A stretch of DNA of 64,000 bases from an uncultured bacterium. GTDB taxonomy: Bacteria; Babelota; Babeliae; Babelales; Vermiphilaceae. Shown piece by piece: positions 50,922-60,010 of the stretch (position 1 is its first letter; each line of letters begins with the position of its first letter). Below the pieces are notes generated by a model. That model saw nothing but the letters and a program-made list of their open reading frames with translations. It had not been told where the DNA came from and searched no databases. The stretch spans positions 672,001 to 736,000 of the forward strand of contig OY970172.1 in assembly GCA_963707655.1 (NCBI GenBank), in the 5' to 3' direction. The translations under genes were made by a program, and so were the position numbers.

Positions 50922-52106
50922 TTAAACGGCGACTCTTAACAGTTCAGATAGGGTAATAATACCCTGCGCTACCTTGCGAGCACCGTCAACCAATAAGGGT
51001 TGCAATCCGTCATTGCGTGCCTGCGCAATAATGTCATCAACAATCGGAGAATTAACAATTAAAGAGCGCAAGTTACCGGTCATAACCAGCAACTCAAAAA
51101 TACCTACACGGCCCTTATATCCCCGGCCTTTGCAGGACCCACAGCCAATGCCTTTATATAGACATTCAACCATTAATCCCATCTGTTGTAACATGAGCTG
51201 CTCTTCTTCACTTGGTTCAACCATCACACGGCATGCCAGGCAAATTTTTCTTGCCAGGCGCTGGGCAAGCACACCGGTTAGCGAAGCGTTGATTAAAAAT
51301 GGCTCAATGCCCATATCCATTAAACGCATGATGACGCTTGGCGCATCATTGGTATGTATGGTGCTTAATACCAAATGCCCTGTCAGCGATGCCTCCAGTG
51401 CAATTTGTGCCGTTTCACGGTCACGAATTTCCCCCACCATTACGATATCGGGGTCCTGGCGCAACACAGAGCGCATTCCTTTTGCAAAAGTAAAACCGGC
51501 ATCAGGGTTTACTTGACCCTGCGTCACCCCCAAAAGGTTATATTCAACCGGATCTTCCAGCGTGATAATATGCTTTTCAGCAAGATTAAGAGTATCAAGA
51601 GCCGCATAGAGCGTGGTAGTTTTTCCCGCACCGGTGGGGCCGCATACTAATAAAAATCCCTGCTGCTTACTCAAAAGCTCCTGAACGGTAAAATACATCT
51701 GCGAATCAAAGCCCAACGAATCAAGCTTTATTGTTTGGGCGGAGCGATCCAAAATACGCACCACCATGTTTTCACCGTACAAAGAGGGAAACGTGGATAC
51801 GCGCAAATCTATTTCTTTATGTTCGTACGCGATACGAAATTTACCGTCTTGAGGAATGCGCTTTTCAGCTATGTCAATGCGCGCAAGCACTTTGAGGCGT
51901 GCGCTCAACTGACTCATAAATGCTGCTTCGATAATTTGTTGATCGTATAAAATGCCATCTACACGAAAACGGATACGTCCTGAGTGCGCTGCCGGTTCAA
52001 TGTGAATGTCTGAGGCAGATTGATCAATGGCTGCATATAACAATGAATTAACCAGCCGAACAATGGGCGCTTCTTCATGAAGTGTATGCGATTGTAATCC
52101 AATCAC
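50922..52106 (-). CDS. GspE/PilB family secretion/pilus ATPase (ATPase part)
   Basis: ASDIHIEP, PQDG, GPTGAGKTT, EDPVE, LRQDPD, TGHLVLST, tetracysteine motif. Confidence 0.93.
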   Translation of the reverse strand: MIGLQSHTLHEEAPIVRLVNSLLYAAIDQSASDIHIEPAAHSGRIRFRVDGILYDQQIIEAAFMSQLSARLKVLARIDIAEKRIPQDGKFRIAYEHKEIDLRVSTFPSLYGENMVVRILDRSAQTIKLDSLGFDSQMYFTVQELLSKQQGFLLVCGPTGAGKTTTLYAALDTLNLAEKHIITLEDPVEYNLLGVTQGQVNPDAGFTFAKGMRSVLRQDPDIVMVGEIRDRETAQIALEASLTGHLVLSTIHTNDAPSVIMRLMDMGIEPFLINASLTGVLAQRLARKICLACRVMVEPSEEEQLMLQQMGLMVECLYKGIGCGSCKGRGYKGRVGIFELLVMTGNLRSLIVNSPIVDDIIAQARNDGLQPLLVDGARKVAQGIITLSELLRVAV

Positions 52107-52639
52107 CCTTCACCTTCTTCAATCTCTTCTATTTCTTTACGCTCCTCATCAGCTGATTCCAAATCTTCAACGAGATCATAATCATCAGTCAATGACTTGT
52201 CGTAATATTCTTTAACCGCATCTTCAATATCGCGGGCAATGCCAACATAAAATTGAATATCATCAGAGGTATATTTTCGTAACGCAGGCAACAAATCTGC
52301 ATTACCCGGATCGCTCGCTGCTATCATCAATATATCTTCATCAATCTCTACCGGAATAATGTTATTGCGTAACAAAAAATCCTTAGGGAAATCGCGCACG
52401 AGCAAATGATCAAAAAAATAACCTTCTACATCAAAAAAAGGTACTTGATAATAACTGGAAAGCGCTTTAAGAGTCTCTTCTTTATCAACAAAGGCTTCTT
52501 CCAATAAAAATTCTATGAACCAATCGTGAGACGATTGAGAGAAGCCTTTTTGCAAACCTTCTGCTTCAGACGTGGAAATAACTTTATTTTTTGCCAGTAT
52601 TGCCGAAATTGCCTGGGCAAATTCTTGCTGGTTTATCAT
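52103..52639 (-). CDS. GspE/PilB N-terminal-domain-like protein
   Basis: LLEE..V....LKALS.YY.VPF, IIPV, IAASDP pattern; GTGA overlap with ATPase gene. Confidence 0.75.
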   Translation of the reverse strand: MINQQEFAQAISAILAKNKVISTSEAEGLQKGFSQSSHDWFIEFLLEEAFVDKEETLKALSSYYQVPFFDVEGYFFDHLLVRDFPKDFLLRNNIIPVEIDEDILMIAASDPGNADLLPALRKYTSDDIQFYVGIARDIEDAVKEYYDKSLTDDYDLVEDLESADEERKEIEEIEEGEG

Positions 52640-52658
52640 CTCCTCTCTCCTTTTTATG

Positions 52659-53037
52659 CTATGAACACTTTAATCCGATTAAAAGCCCCACAATAAAGCT
52701 AACGCTCAGTGCAGCATTGATCGTAACCCACTCCCACAACATCGAAAATGCATTGCCAGTTAGATGAGTAGCACGTATGCCAAAAAATTCTTCTACTTTA
52801 GCATCATTGATAATTACATGGATAAGTTCACATTTTTGAACAGCACCATGAGCACTAAAAAAATAACAAACGCGCATACATAATTGGCATATCTTTTAGA
52901 AAGAAGCCTGACGCAAATCCTATCCCGGCCGCAATAAAAAGTTCCAAGATTTTATGTTTTGAAAGATCGATCTTGTCAAAAAAATGATTCGCCCTATCAC
53001 CAATTTTATCTAAAAAACTCATTGGCTTTTCTTGCAT
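52659..53037 (-). pseudogene. FUN14-like membrane protein interrupted by two 1-nt deletions (likely sequencing errors)
   Basis: Reconstructed GIGFASGFFLK/RYANYVCAFVIFLVLMVL/QKCELIHVIIN...SFIVGLLIGLK across three frames. Confidence 0.6.
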
Positions 53038-53147
53038 ATGTGCCTCTTTTTTTATTTTTTCTGAATATAACTGTTAGTGTATAGAGATGAAAACCATAAT
53101 CTCAAGAGTATCGTCAATCTTGAGCAGTTATCTCCATCAAACAGAAA

Positions 53148-53168
53148 GGGAGAGACATAGTCTCTCCC
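53148..53168 (-). terminator. Terminator hairpin downstream of HU gene
   Basis: GGGAGAGAC-ata-GTCTCTCCC. Confidence 0.65.
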
Positions 53169-53194
53169 AACGAATAACTAGATAGTTTATAAAA

Positions 53195-53465
53195 CTACTT
53201 AATCATAGTGCGTAATGCTTTACCTGCTCTGAATTTAGGAACTTTCTTTGCAGGGATTTGCATTTTCTTGCCGGTTGCAGGGTTTACACCAACTCTGCTT
53301 TTTCTTTTCATCACAGTAAAGGTACCAAAGCCAGTTAAAACAACATCTTTACTTGATTTTAATGCGTGCTCACTGAGTGAATAAAAGCTTCTAAGCATTC
53401 TTTGCATGTGATTTCGACATCTTGGTCATTTTCGCCATGCTTTCAACTAATTTTGCCTTATTCAT
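53195..53465 (-). CDS. hup: DNA-binding protein HU, two apparent 1-nt deletions
   Basis: MNKAKLVESMAKMTKMSKS/CKECLEAFIHSV/HALK...GFGTF...GVNPATG...PKFRAGKAL; 271 nt + 2 = 90 aa plus stop. Confidence 0.85.
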
Positions 53466-53790
53466 GTATAAAATCCTTTTTTCTGATTCACCTGTTAAAC
53501 AGCAAACAAAAAAAGCTAGTACTAATTGGTAAAATAGTAACAGGATATTTTTCTGTCAAGATTTTTGTGTTGCCCTATTGGCGAGTGCAATAAATATGCT
53601 TACACAACAGCATATTTATTTTTATGGGTGAAATGCTCGAATGACAAAATCAATAATGATTCGCAAATTTTTCTTCCCGATATGGACAAGGACAGTGAGG
53701 TTGGGGTAATGTAAGCTTTGTTCGTATATAAAGCCTGCACGGATCTTTCGTTCATTTGATGATGTCCTGTTATGAGAAGGTTATTCTGCC

Positions 53791-54990
53791 ATGAAAAAAT
53801 ATATACTAGTCTTGGGCATGCTTGAAATGTGCTCACTGACATGCATGGATAGTAAATCAGCCCAAAAGACCATTTCTCATTTTTTTGTGATTAACAAAGA
53901 AATGACCCTACCACAATTTGTCTCGTCCAGGTTCCAAGCACAGGGAATCAATGCTGGCTTGCAAAACTTTAAACAAAGACTGACTTGTGTCCCATGTAAT
54001 TACAAGACTGAAAGGGCTTGGGAATACGACGAACACTCAAGAACTAGAAAGCACCAAGCGCTAACAAAAATCGCTACGACAGACCAAGAGCGCCGGATTC
54101 AAGCAGCATGGAATAGACACCAGAAAAAATTCATTTGCGCTTGTAATACAACCTTTCTGAATGTGTTTCAATTTGAAAGGCATCACTGCATTGCACAAGA
54201 AACTTTAGCAAATTTCATGCATTCCGAACAAGACCTGATGTGTGTCCCTTGTAATTATTATGCTAAAAGCGCTTATGAATACAAGACGCACGTCGAAAAA
54301 ACTGTTCGACACCAAGCGCTAATAAAAATCGCCACGACTGATCAAGAGCGCCGAGTCCAAGCAGCGTGGGATAGAGAACGGAAAATATTCATTTGCGCTT
54401 GTAATAAAACTTTTCTGAATGTGTTTCAATTTGAAAATCACCAGTGCATTCCACAAAAAACTCTAGCAAGTTGCATGAATTCCGAACAAAAACTGGCTTG
54501 TGCCCCATGTAATTATGAGACTAAAAACGCTCGGGACTACATCCGACACGTTAACACATCTATGCTACACCAAGCGCTAACAAAAATCGCTACGACCGAC
54601 CAAGAGCGCCGGATTCAAGCAGCATGGAATAGAGAACTGAGAAGATTAATTTGCGCTTGCAATAAAGCTTTTCTGAACGTGTCTCACTTTGAAAGGCATC
54701 ACTGCAGTAAAACTCAATTTTTAGCAAATAACACTGATCAAAGCGATCTAGGTTTCAATGAAGAACTACAAGATGGACAGGATGTTATTAGAGATGTTCA
54801 GAGCGCTATGGATAAGCACTCGATTCAGGAAAATGGCCGGCTAGATAGTTTTTATCCAAGCATCACGTATGATGACCAAATAGATTCAACATCGTATCAA
54901 GATGAACAGGACCTTGCTCTTGGCACTGATGAGGATTTGCGTGAATGGTTGGGAAACATGACCGCATCTTCTCATGAAAAAGATGCCTAA
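53791..54990 (+). CDS. Secreted zinc-finger repeat protein 1 (3 units)
   Basis: MKK signal; 3 x [CxxC-x12-H-x5/6-H, QALTKIATTDQERRIQAAW, CxC-x12-HxC]; acidic tail. Confidence 0.85.
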   Translation: MKKYILVLGMLEMCSLTCMDSKSAQKTISHFFVINKEMTLPQFVSSRFQAQGINAGLQNFKQRLTCVPCNYKTERAWEYDEHSRTRKHQALTKIATTDQERRIQAAWNRHQKKFICACNTTFLNVFQFERHHCIAQETLANFMHSEQDLMCVPCNYYAKSAYEYKTHVEKTVRHQALIKIATTDQERRVQAAWDRERKIFICACNKTFLNVFQFENHQCIPQKTLASCMNSEQKLACAPCNYETKNARDYIRHVNTSMLHQALTKIATTDQERRIQAAWNRELRRLICACNKAFLNVSHFERHHCSKTQFLANNTDQSDLGFNEELQDGQDVIRDVQSAMDKHSIQENGRLDSFYPSITYDDQIDSTSYQDEQDLALGTDEDLREWLGNMTASSHEKDA

Positions 54991-57875
54991 CATAGATTGC
55001 TGCATGGACAAGAAGAGCTAGGTTGGGTAATGTAAACTCTGTTTGTACATAAACCCTGCACAGATCATTCATTTTGATAATGTCCTGTTATAAGAAGGTT
55101 ATTCTGCTATGAAAAAATATATACTAGTCTTGGGCATGCTTGAAATTTGCTTACTCACGTGCATGGATAATAAACCCGGCCAAAAGACCGTTTCTGATTT
55201 TTTTGTGATTAAAAAAGAAATGACCTTTCCGCGATTTGTCTCGTCGAGATGCCAGGTGCCAAGAGAACCTGGTGGCTCGCAAAGCTTTGAGCGAAGCCCG
55301 GCTTGCATCACGTGCAATTATAAGGCTAAAAGCGTTCTTGACTACAACCGACACGTCAAAAAAACTACTCTACATCAAGCGCTAACCAGAATCGCTACAA
55401 CAGATCGCGAGCTCCGGATACAAAAAGCGTGGAACAGAGATCAGAGAAGATTCATTTGCGCTTGCAATAAAATTTTTCCGAATGTACTTCACTTTGAAAA
55501 CCATGTCTGCATTTTACAAGAAAATCTGGCAAGCTTCGTGAATTCTGAGCAAAGCCTGACGTGCAGCGCCTGTAATTATAGCAATACGATGGCTTCGGAA
55601 TTCCAAACCCACTGTAACTCTAGACAACACCAAGCGCTAACAAAAATCGCTACGACAGACCAAGAACGCCGAATACAAGCAGCATGGGATAGAGACCAGA
55701 GAAAATTCATTTGCACTTGCGGCAAGGCTTTTTCGAATGTATTTCACTTTGAAACCCATGTCTGCATTTTACAAGAAAATCTGGCAAGCTTCGTGAGTTC
55801 TGAACAAAGCCTGACATGCACCACCTGTAATTATAGCAATACAATGGCTTCGGAATTCCAAACCCACTGCAACACTAGACAACACCAAACGTTAACAAAA
55901 ATGGCTACGACAGACCAAGAGCGCCGGGTCCAAGCGGCATGGGATAGAGGCAAGAGAAGATTCATTTGCGCTTGCAATAAAGTTTTTCCGAATGCGTTTC
56001 GTTTTGAAAATCATCGATGCAATGAATCTCAATTTTTAGCAAACAACACTGATCAAAGCGATCTAGGTTTCAATGAAGAACTACAAGATGAACAGAATGT
56101 TATCGGAGACGCTCAGGGCGCTATGGATGAGCATTTGATTCAGCAAAATGGCTGGCTAGATAGTTTTTATCCAAGCATCACACATTATGAACAAGACCTT
56201 GCTCTTGGCACTGATGCAGCAGTAGCTGCTTTAACCAGTCTTCAAAAAACCTGCGTCATCTGCAATTATACCGCTAAAGATGTCAGGCAATATAAGCAAC
56301 ACTCCCGCAACGCGACACACCAAGCATTAACAAAAATTGCTACGACAGACCAAGAGCGCCGGATTCAAGCAGCGTGGGATAGAGAACAGAGAAAATTCAT
56401 TTGCGCTTGTAATAGAGCTTTTCTGTACGTGCCTCACTTTGAAAGGCATCACTGCAGTAAAATTCGATTTTTAGCAAACAATACTGATCAAAGCGATCTT
56501 CTAGGTTTCAATGAAGAACTGCAAGCTGAACAAGATGTTATTAGAGACGCTCGGGGCGCTATCGATGATCAAATAGATTCAACATCGTATCAAGATGAAC
56601 AGGACCTTGCTCTTGGCACCGATGAGGATTTGCGTGAATGGTTGGGAAACATGACCGCATATTCTCGTGAAAAAGATGCCTAACACCGATCTTTCATTCA
56701 TTTTGATGGTGTCCTGTCATGAGAAGGTTATTCTGCTATGAAAAAATATATACTAGCCTTGAGCGTGCTTGAAGTTTGTTCATTGACATGCATGGACAGT
56801 GGATCCGGCAGAAATGCCATTTCCTCTTATTTTGTTCTTGAAAAAGAGCAAACGCTACGACAGTTTGCCGCACAGCGAGACAAAGATCGAGAAGCGGTAG
56901 CTGCTTTAACTAGTCTTCAAAAAACCTGCGTCACCTGCAATTATACCGCTAAAGATGCTCGGCAATATAGGCCACACTCGCGCAACGCGACACACCAAGC
57001 ATTAACAAAAACCGCTACGACAGACCAAGAGCGCCGGATTCAAGCAGCGTGGAATAGAGAACTGAAAAAGTTCACTTGCTCCTGTGGAGCACTTTTTTCT
57101 GACATGGGCCGCTTTAAAGCCCACCACTGCATTTTGCAAAAAAAGTTCGCAAATTTTATAACTCCTGAACAGCATCTGACGTGCGCCACGTGTAATCATA
57201 GCGACAGATTGCCTGCCAGCTTCCAAAGGCACTTAGAAAGCGCACACCATGAAGCACTGACAAAAATTGCCAGCACAGATCAAGAACACCGAGTTCAAGC
57301 AGCATGGAACAGAGAACAAAAAAAATTCATTTGTTCTTGTGGCAATGTTTTTTCGCGTATAGATTTTTTTCAAGGACATGACTGTATCCAAAATAGTTTT
57401 CTGGATTCTGAACAAGGCTTTGTATGTACCACCTGCAATTATAAAACCACAGAAACTGATTTATTCATAAAACATCGCAAAAACGCTATCCACTTGGCGT
57501 TAACAAAGACCGCTACCACTGACCAAGAACGCCGGGTGCAGGCAGCCTGGAACCGAGCACAGAGAAAATTCATTTGCATTTGTGATAAGTATTTTTATCG
57601 TCTATCCGATTTTGAAAACCATGAATGCATGTTGACAGATAATTTTTCTAACCTTGAAAAAGAGCTTAATTGCGCTCCATGCAATTATAAAGTCGCTGAT
57701 GGCTGGCATTGGGCAAGACACTTAAACAGCGCACAACATCAGGCATTAACAAAGACCGCCATAACTGATCAAGAACGCTGGATTCAAGCCGCATGGAACA
57801 AAGACTCAAAAACGTTCATTTGTTACTGCGATAAAGGTTTTCATGATATAACCCTTTTAAAACGACACCGCTGCA
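53986..57875 (+). repeat. Eleven copies of an ~255-bp coding repeat across three genes
   Basis: Unit starts at 53986, 54241, 54499 in gene 1; 255-nt period at 55501/55756 in gene 2; conserved core caccaagc.ctaacaaaaat.gctacgac.gaccaaga.cgccg. Confidence 0.9.
55109..56683 (+). CDS. Secreted zinc-finger repeat protein 2 (4 units, chimeric)
   Basis: Same architecture; internal copy of the acidic tail before unit 4. Confidence 0.85.
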   Translation: MKKYILVLGMLEICLLTCMDNKPGQKTVSDFFVIKKEMTFPRFVSSRCQVPREPGGSQSFERSPACITCNYKAKSVLDYNRHVKKTTLHQALTRIATTDRELRIQKAWNRDQRRFICACNKIFPNVLHFENHVCILQENLASFVNSEQSLTCSACNYSNTMASEFQTHCNSRQHQALTKIATTDQERRIQAAWDRDQRKFICTCGKAFSNVFHFETHVCILQENLASFVSSEQSLTCTTCNYSNTMASEFQTHCNTRQHQTLTKMATTDQERRVQAAWDRGKRRFICACNKVFPNAFRFENHRCNESQFLANNTDQSDLGFNEELQDEQNVIGDAQGAMDEHLIQQNGWLDSFYPSITHYEQDLALGTDAAVAALTSLQKTCVICNYTAKDVRQYKQHSRNATHQALTKIATTDQERRIQAAWDREQRKFICACNRAFLYVPHFERHHCSKIRFLANNTDQSDLLGFNEELQAEQDVIRDARGAIDDQIDSTSYQDEQDLALGTDEDLREWLGNMTAYSREKDA

Positions 57876-58060
57876 ATAAAAATCCATTTTTAGTACATGA
57901 CGCTGATAAAAACAATCAAGATCTTGACCAAGAAGTGGTAGACAAACAAGATATTTCTCTGCCCGGAGAAGATGATTTAGATGAATGGCTAGATAGAGTA
58001 GAAACATCTCGGGTAAAAAAGATGCTTGAAACTAGATTTAATGCGGTTAGTTCTGATTAA
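56738..58060 (+). CDS. Secreted zinc-finger repeat protein 3 (4 units)
   Basis: Same architecture; tail EDDLDEWLD. Confidence 0.85.
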   Translation: MKKYILALSVLEVCSLTCMDSGSGRNAISSYFVLEKEQTLRQFAAQRDKDREAVAALTSLQKTCVTCNYTAKDARQYRPHSRNATHQALTKTATTDQERRIQAAWNRELKKFTCSCGALFSDMGRFKAHHCILQKKFANFITPEQHLTCATCNHSDRLPASFQRHLESAHHEALTKIASTDQEHRVQAAWNREQKKFICSCGNVFSRIDFFQGHDCIQNSFLDSEQGFVCTTCNYKTTETDLFIKHRKNAIHLALTKTATTDQERRVQAAWNRAQRKFICICDKYFYRLSDFENHECMLTDNFSNLEKELNCAPCNYKVADGWHWARHLNSAQHQALTKTAITDQERWIQAAWNKDSKTFICYCDKGFHDITLLKRHRCNKNPFLVHDADKNNQDLDQEVVDKQDISLPGEDDLDEWLDRVETSRVKKMLETRFNAVSSD

Positions 58061-58208
58061 TTTGGCGTGCCAGCCGTAGTTTTGCCAAGGCGGAAACTCT
58101 GGATAAACGAAGGCTGCTCTGCTTCGCTACGTGCCATAATTGCAATGGTGGCTAAGCTCTTTCCTAAAGAGGCTGGCCTACCGTACGAAGCTCTAACAGA
58201 GCGAAGTA

Positions 58209-58296
58209 TGGTGCCGAGAGCCGGACTCGAACCGGCACAGGCTATAAGCCCGAAGGATTTTAAGTCCTTTGCGTCTACCAATTCCGCCATCCCGGC
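58209..58296 (-). tRNA. tRNA-Leu(TAA)
   Basis: GCCGGGATGGCGGAATTGGTAGACGC AAGGA-CTTAAAA-TCCTT, long variable arm, GGTTCGAGTCC, CCA end. Confidence 0.96.
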
Positions 58297-58322
58297 ACAC
58301 CATAATAATTTCGTAGATTTTG

Positions 58323-58396
58323 TGGAGGCGGCACCCGGATTTGAACCGGGGATCAGGGTTTTGCAGACCCTTGCCTTACCACTTGGCTATGCCGCC
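58323..58396 (-). tRNA. tRNA-Cys(GCA)
   Basis: GGCGGCATAGCCAAGTGGTAAGGC, anticodon loop CTGCAAA, GGTTCAAATCC, TCCA end. Confidence 0.96.
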
Positions 58397-58417
58397 TTAC
58401 CATCTTCTTTTAAACGG

Positions 58418-58900
58418 TTACTTTGAGAGCAACCCTGCTTTTTCCATTTTTTCTTTTAATTCTTCTGCGCTGATCACCGGCACCTTCTCTGCCTCGCCAT
58501 GATGTTTATTTGCGGCGGTCAGATATGGTTTTTGGCAAACACCCTCTACCGGGTATCCATGCTGCGCCCAATCAGCCATTCCTGCTTCATAAGCCCAGAC
58601 ATTTTTAAAGCCATTGGCAATCAACTCACTGGCAACCTGTCCACTTGCGGTGCACAGATAATTACTGCAATAGATTACCAATTCTGTATCTTTATTCAAC
58701 TTGTCTGTAAACGAATGTACTTTTTCAAAGGGGACATGAACAGAGCCTTTAATATGACAATCATCATAAAACGGTTTATCAAGCACATTAATTATATATA
58801 ATGATGCCTTCTTTTCTTTGCCGCCCATAAGATCATTCAACCAACAACCTGGCAACAACAACAAGGGGACCGCTAAAAAGAATAAAAATTTATTGTTCAC
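58418..58900 (-). CDS. Rhodanese-like domain lipoprotein
   Basis: Lipobox LPGC, HIKGS, VIYC, GFKNV..YEAGM..W. Confidence 0.85.
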   Translation of the reverse strand: MNNKFLFFLAVPLLLLPGCWLNDLMGGKEKKASLYIINVLDKPFYDDCHIKGSVHVPFEKVHSFTDKLNKDTELVIYCSNYLCTASGQVASELIANGFKNVWAYEAGMADWAQHGYPVEGVCQKPYLTAANKHHGEAEKVPVISAEELKEKMEKAGLLSK

Positions 58901-58996
58901 GTTTTTTCCTCTGCTTAAAAAGTCTTTTTAATGTAACAAAATTTCTGCATTCCGCAATAATTTCTTATATCAATCATAATACCAAACGGTATCATA

Positions 58997-59989
58997 TCAA
59001 TGAATGAATTGTAAACATCTGGCGGAGCGCACCCGTTTAAAAAAATCAATCGGGTGTTGTAGCAGATCAAAAATCCACCAATCATATTCACTATCAACTG
59101 AAAAAATCCTAAAAAGAATTCTCCCATGAATCAGCCTGCCATCCAATGGTCCAATAAAACGACAATCTCTACTTCCTTGTCTATTGTCCCCCATCACCCA
59201 ATACTGATTCTTGCCTAATTCAACATAAAATTCATCGGAACAATTCCAGCGGCTCTTGCCTTCACACCGCTCTCTGTCACAAGTCGGATTTCGTGTTAGT
59301 GGCGTTTCGGCCTCCAATAGTATCAAATCCCCTTTTTCGTCTCTAATAAGGCGATTTTCTCTTAACAAATAAAATGGTTGCTTATTGAAAGGCACTGACG
59401 GATCATACGATCGCGGATTCGTATGGTCTGCCATAAATTCTTCAACGGCATTTTTATTGGCGCGTTGCACATCTCCTTGCAACAAGGTCTTGTCTTGTTC
59501 TTGTTTAATCCGCCCGTACAAAGTCTCCGGATCTTCATCAAAGCTCATAGCCAAAGGATATTTGTTTAAATACGGCTCATCTAATTTAAGGCTATTCACA
59601 TAAACTACCGGCTTGCCATCCTCTATAACGCCCTTAACAATATCCCCCGGCACACCAATCACTCGCTTGGTCCAATTGCTTGGCCCCCATACATAATTTT
59701 GGAAAAGAGACATGCCAAAAGAAGAGGAGTAATGAAAAAGCGGATCATTGAATGAGATAATTTCGCCTCGTTGCGGCTTACGAAAAAGATAGGTTGCTTT
59801 ATCGGCAAAAAATCTTTCTCCCACGAGCATTGTTGTTTCCATTGATCCGGTAGGAACTTGATAGAGACCAAAGCCAAAGGTTCTTATTAAAAAAATAACC
59901 GTGACCCACAGCAATATCTCGCGCCAACCCCCATCTCTGCATTGTTTATATAAAGATTTGTTTGATTGCTTCTGTTTTGAATGCGCCAT
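58997..59989 (-). CDS. lepB: Signal peptidase I
   Basis: VPTGSMETT (Ser), TKRVIGVPGD (Lys), MGDNR..S.DCR. Confidence 0.93.
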   Translation of the reverse strand: MAHSKQKQSNKSLYKQCRDGGWREILLWVTVIFLIRTFGFGLYQVPTGSMETTMLVGERFFADKATYLFRKPQRGEIISFNDPLFHYSSSFGMSLFQNYVWGPSNWTKRVIGVPGDIVKGVIEDGKPVVYVNSLKLDEPYLNKYPLAMSFDEDPETLYGRIKQEQDKTLLQGDVQRANKNAVEEFMADHTNPRSYDPSVPFNKQPFYLLRENRLIRDEKGDLILLEAETPLTRNPTCDRERCEGKSRWNCSDEFYVELGKNQYWVMGDNRQGSRDCRFIGPLDGRLIHGRILFRIFSVDSEYDWWIFDLLQHPIDFFKRVRSARCLQFIH

Positions 59990-60010
59990 ACTAACTCTTC
60001 CTTTTTTTTA

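Noticed and set aside
53195..53465. Programmed frameshifting in hup
   Set aside because: Needs two shifts at non-slippery sites; sequencing error is simpler
53986..57875. Regular repeats as a CRISPR array or DGR template/variable pair
   Set aside because: Repeats are ~255 nt, in-frame and protein-coding; no cas or reverse transcriptase genes in the window; differences are not visibly adenine-restricted
58057..58502. ORFs overlapping 58057-58502
   Set aside because: Translations of tRNA-Leu/tRNA-Cys sequences and their antisense
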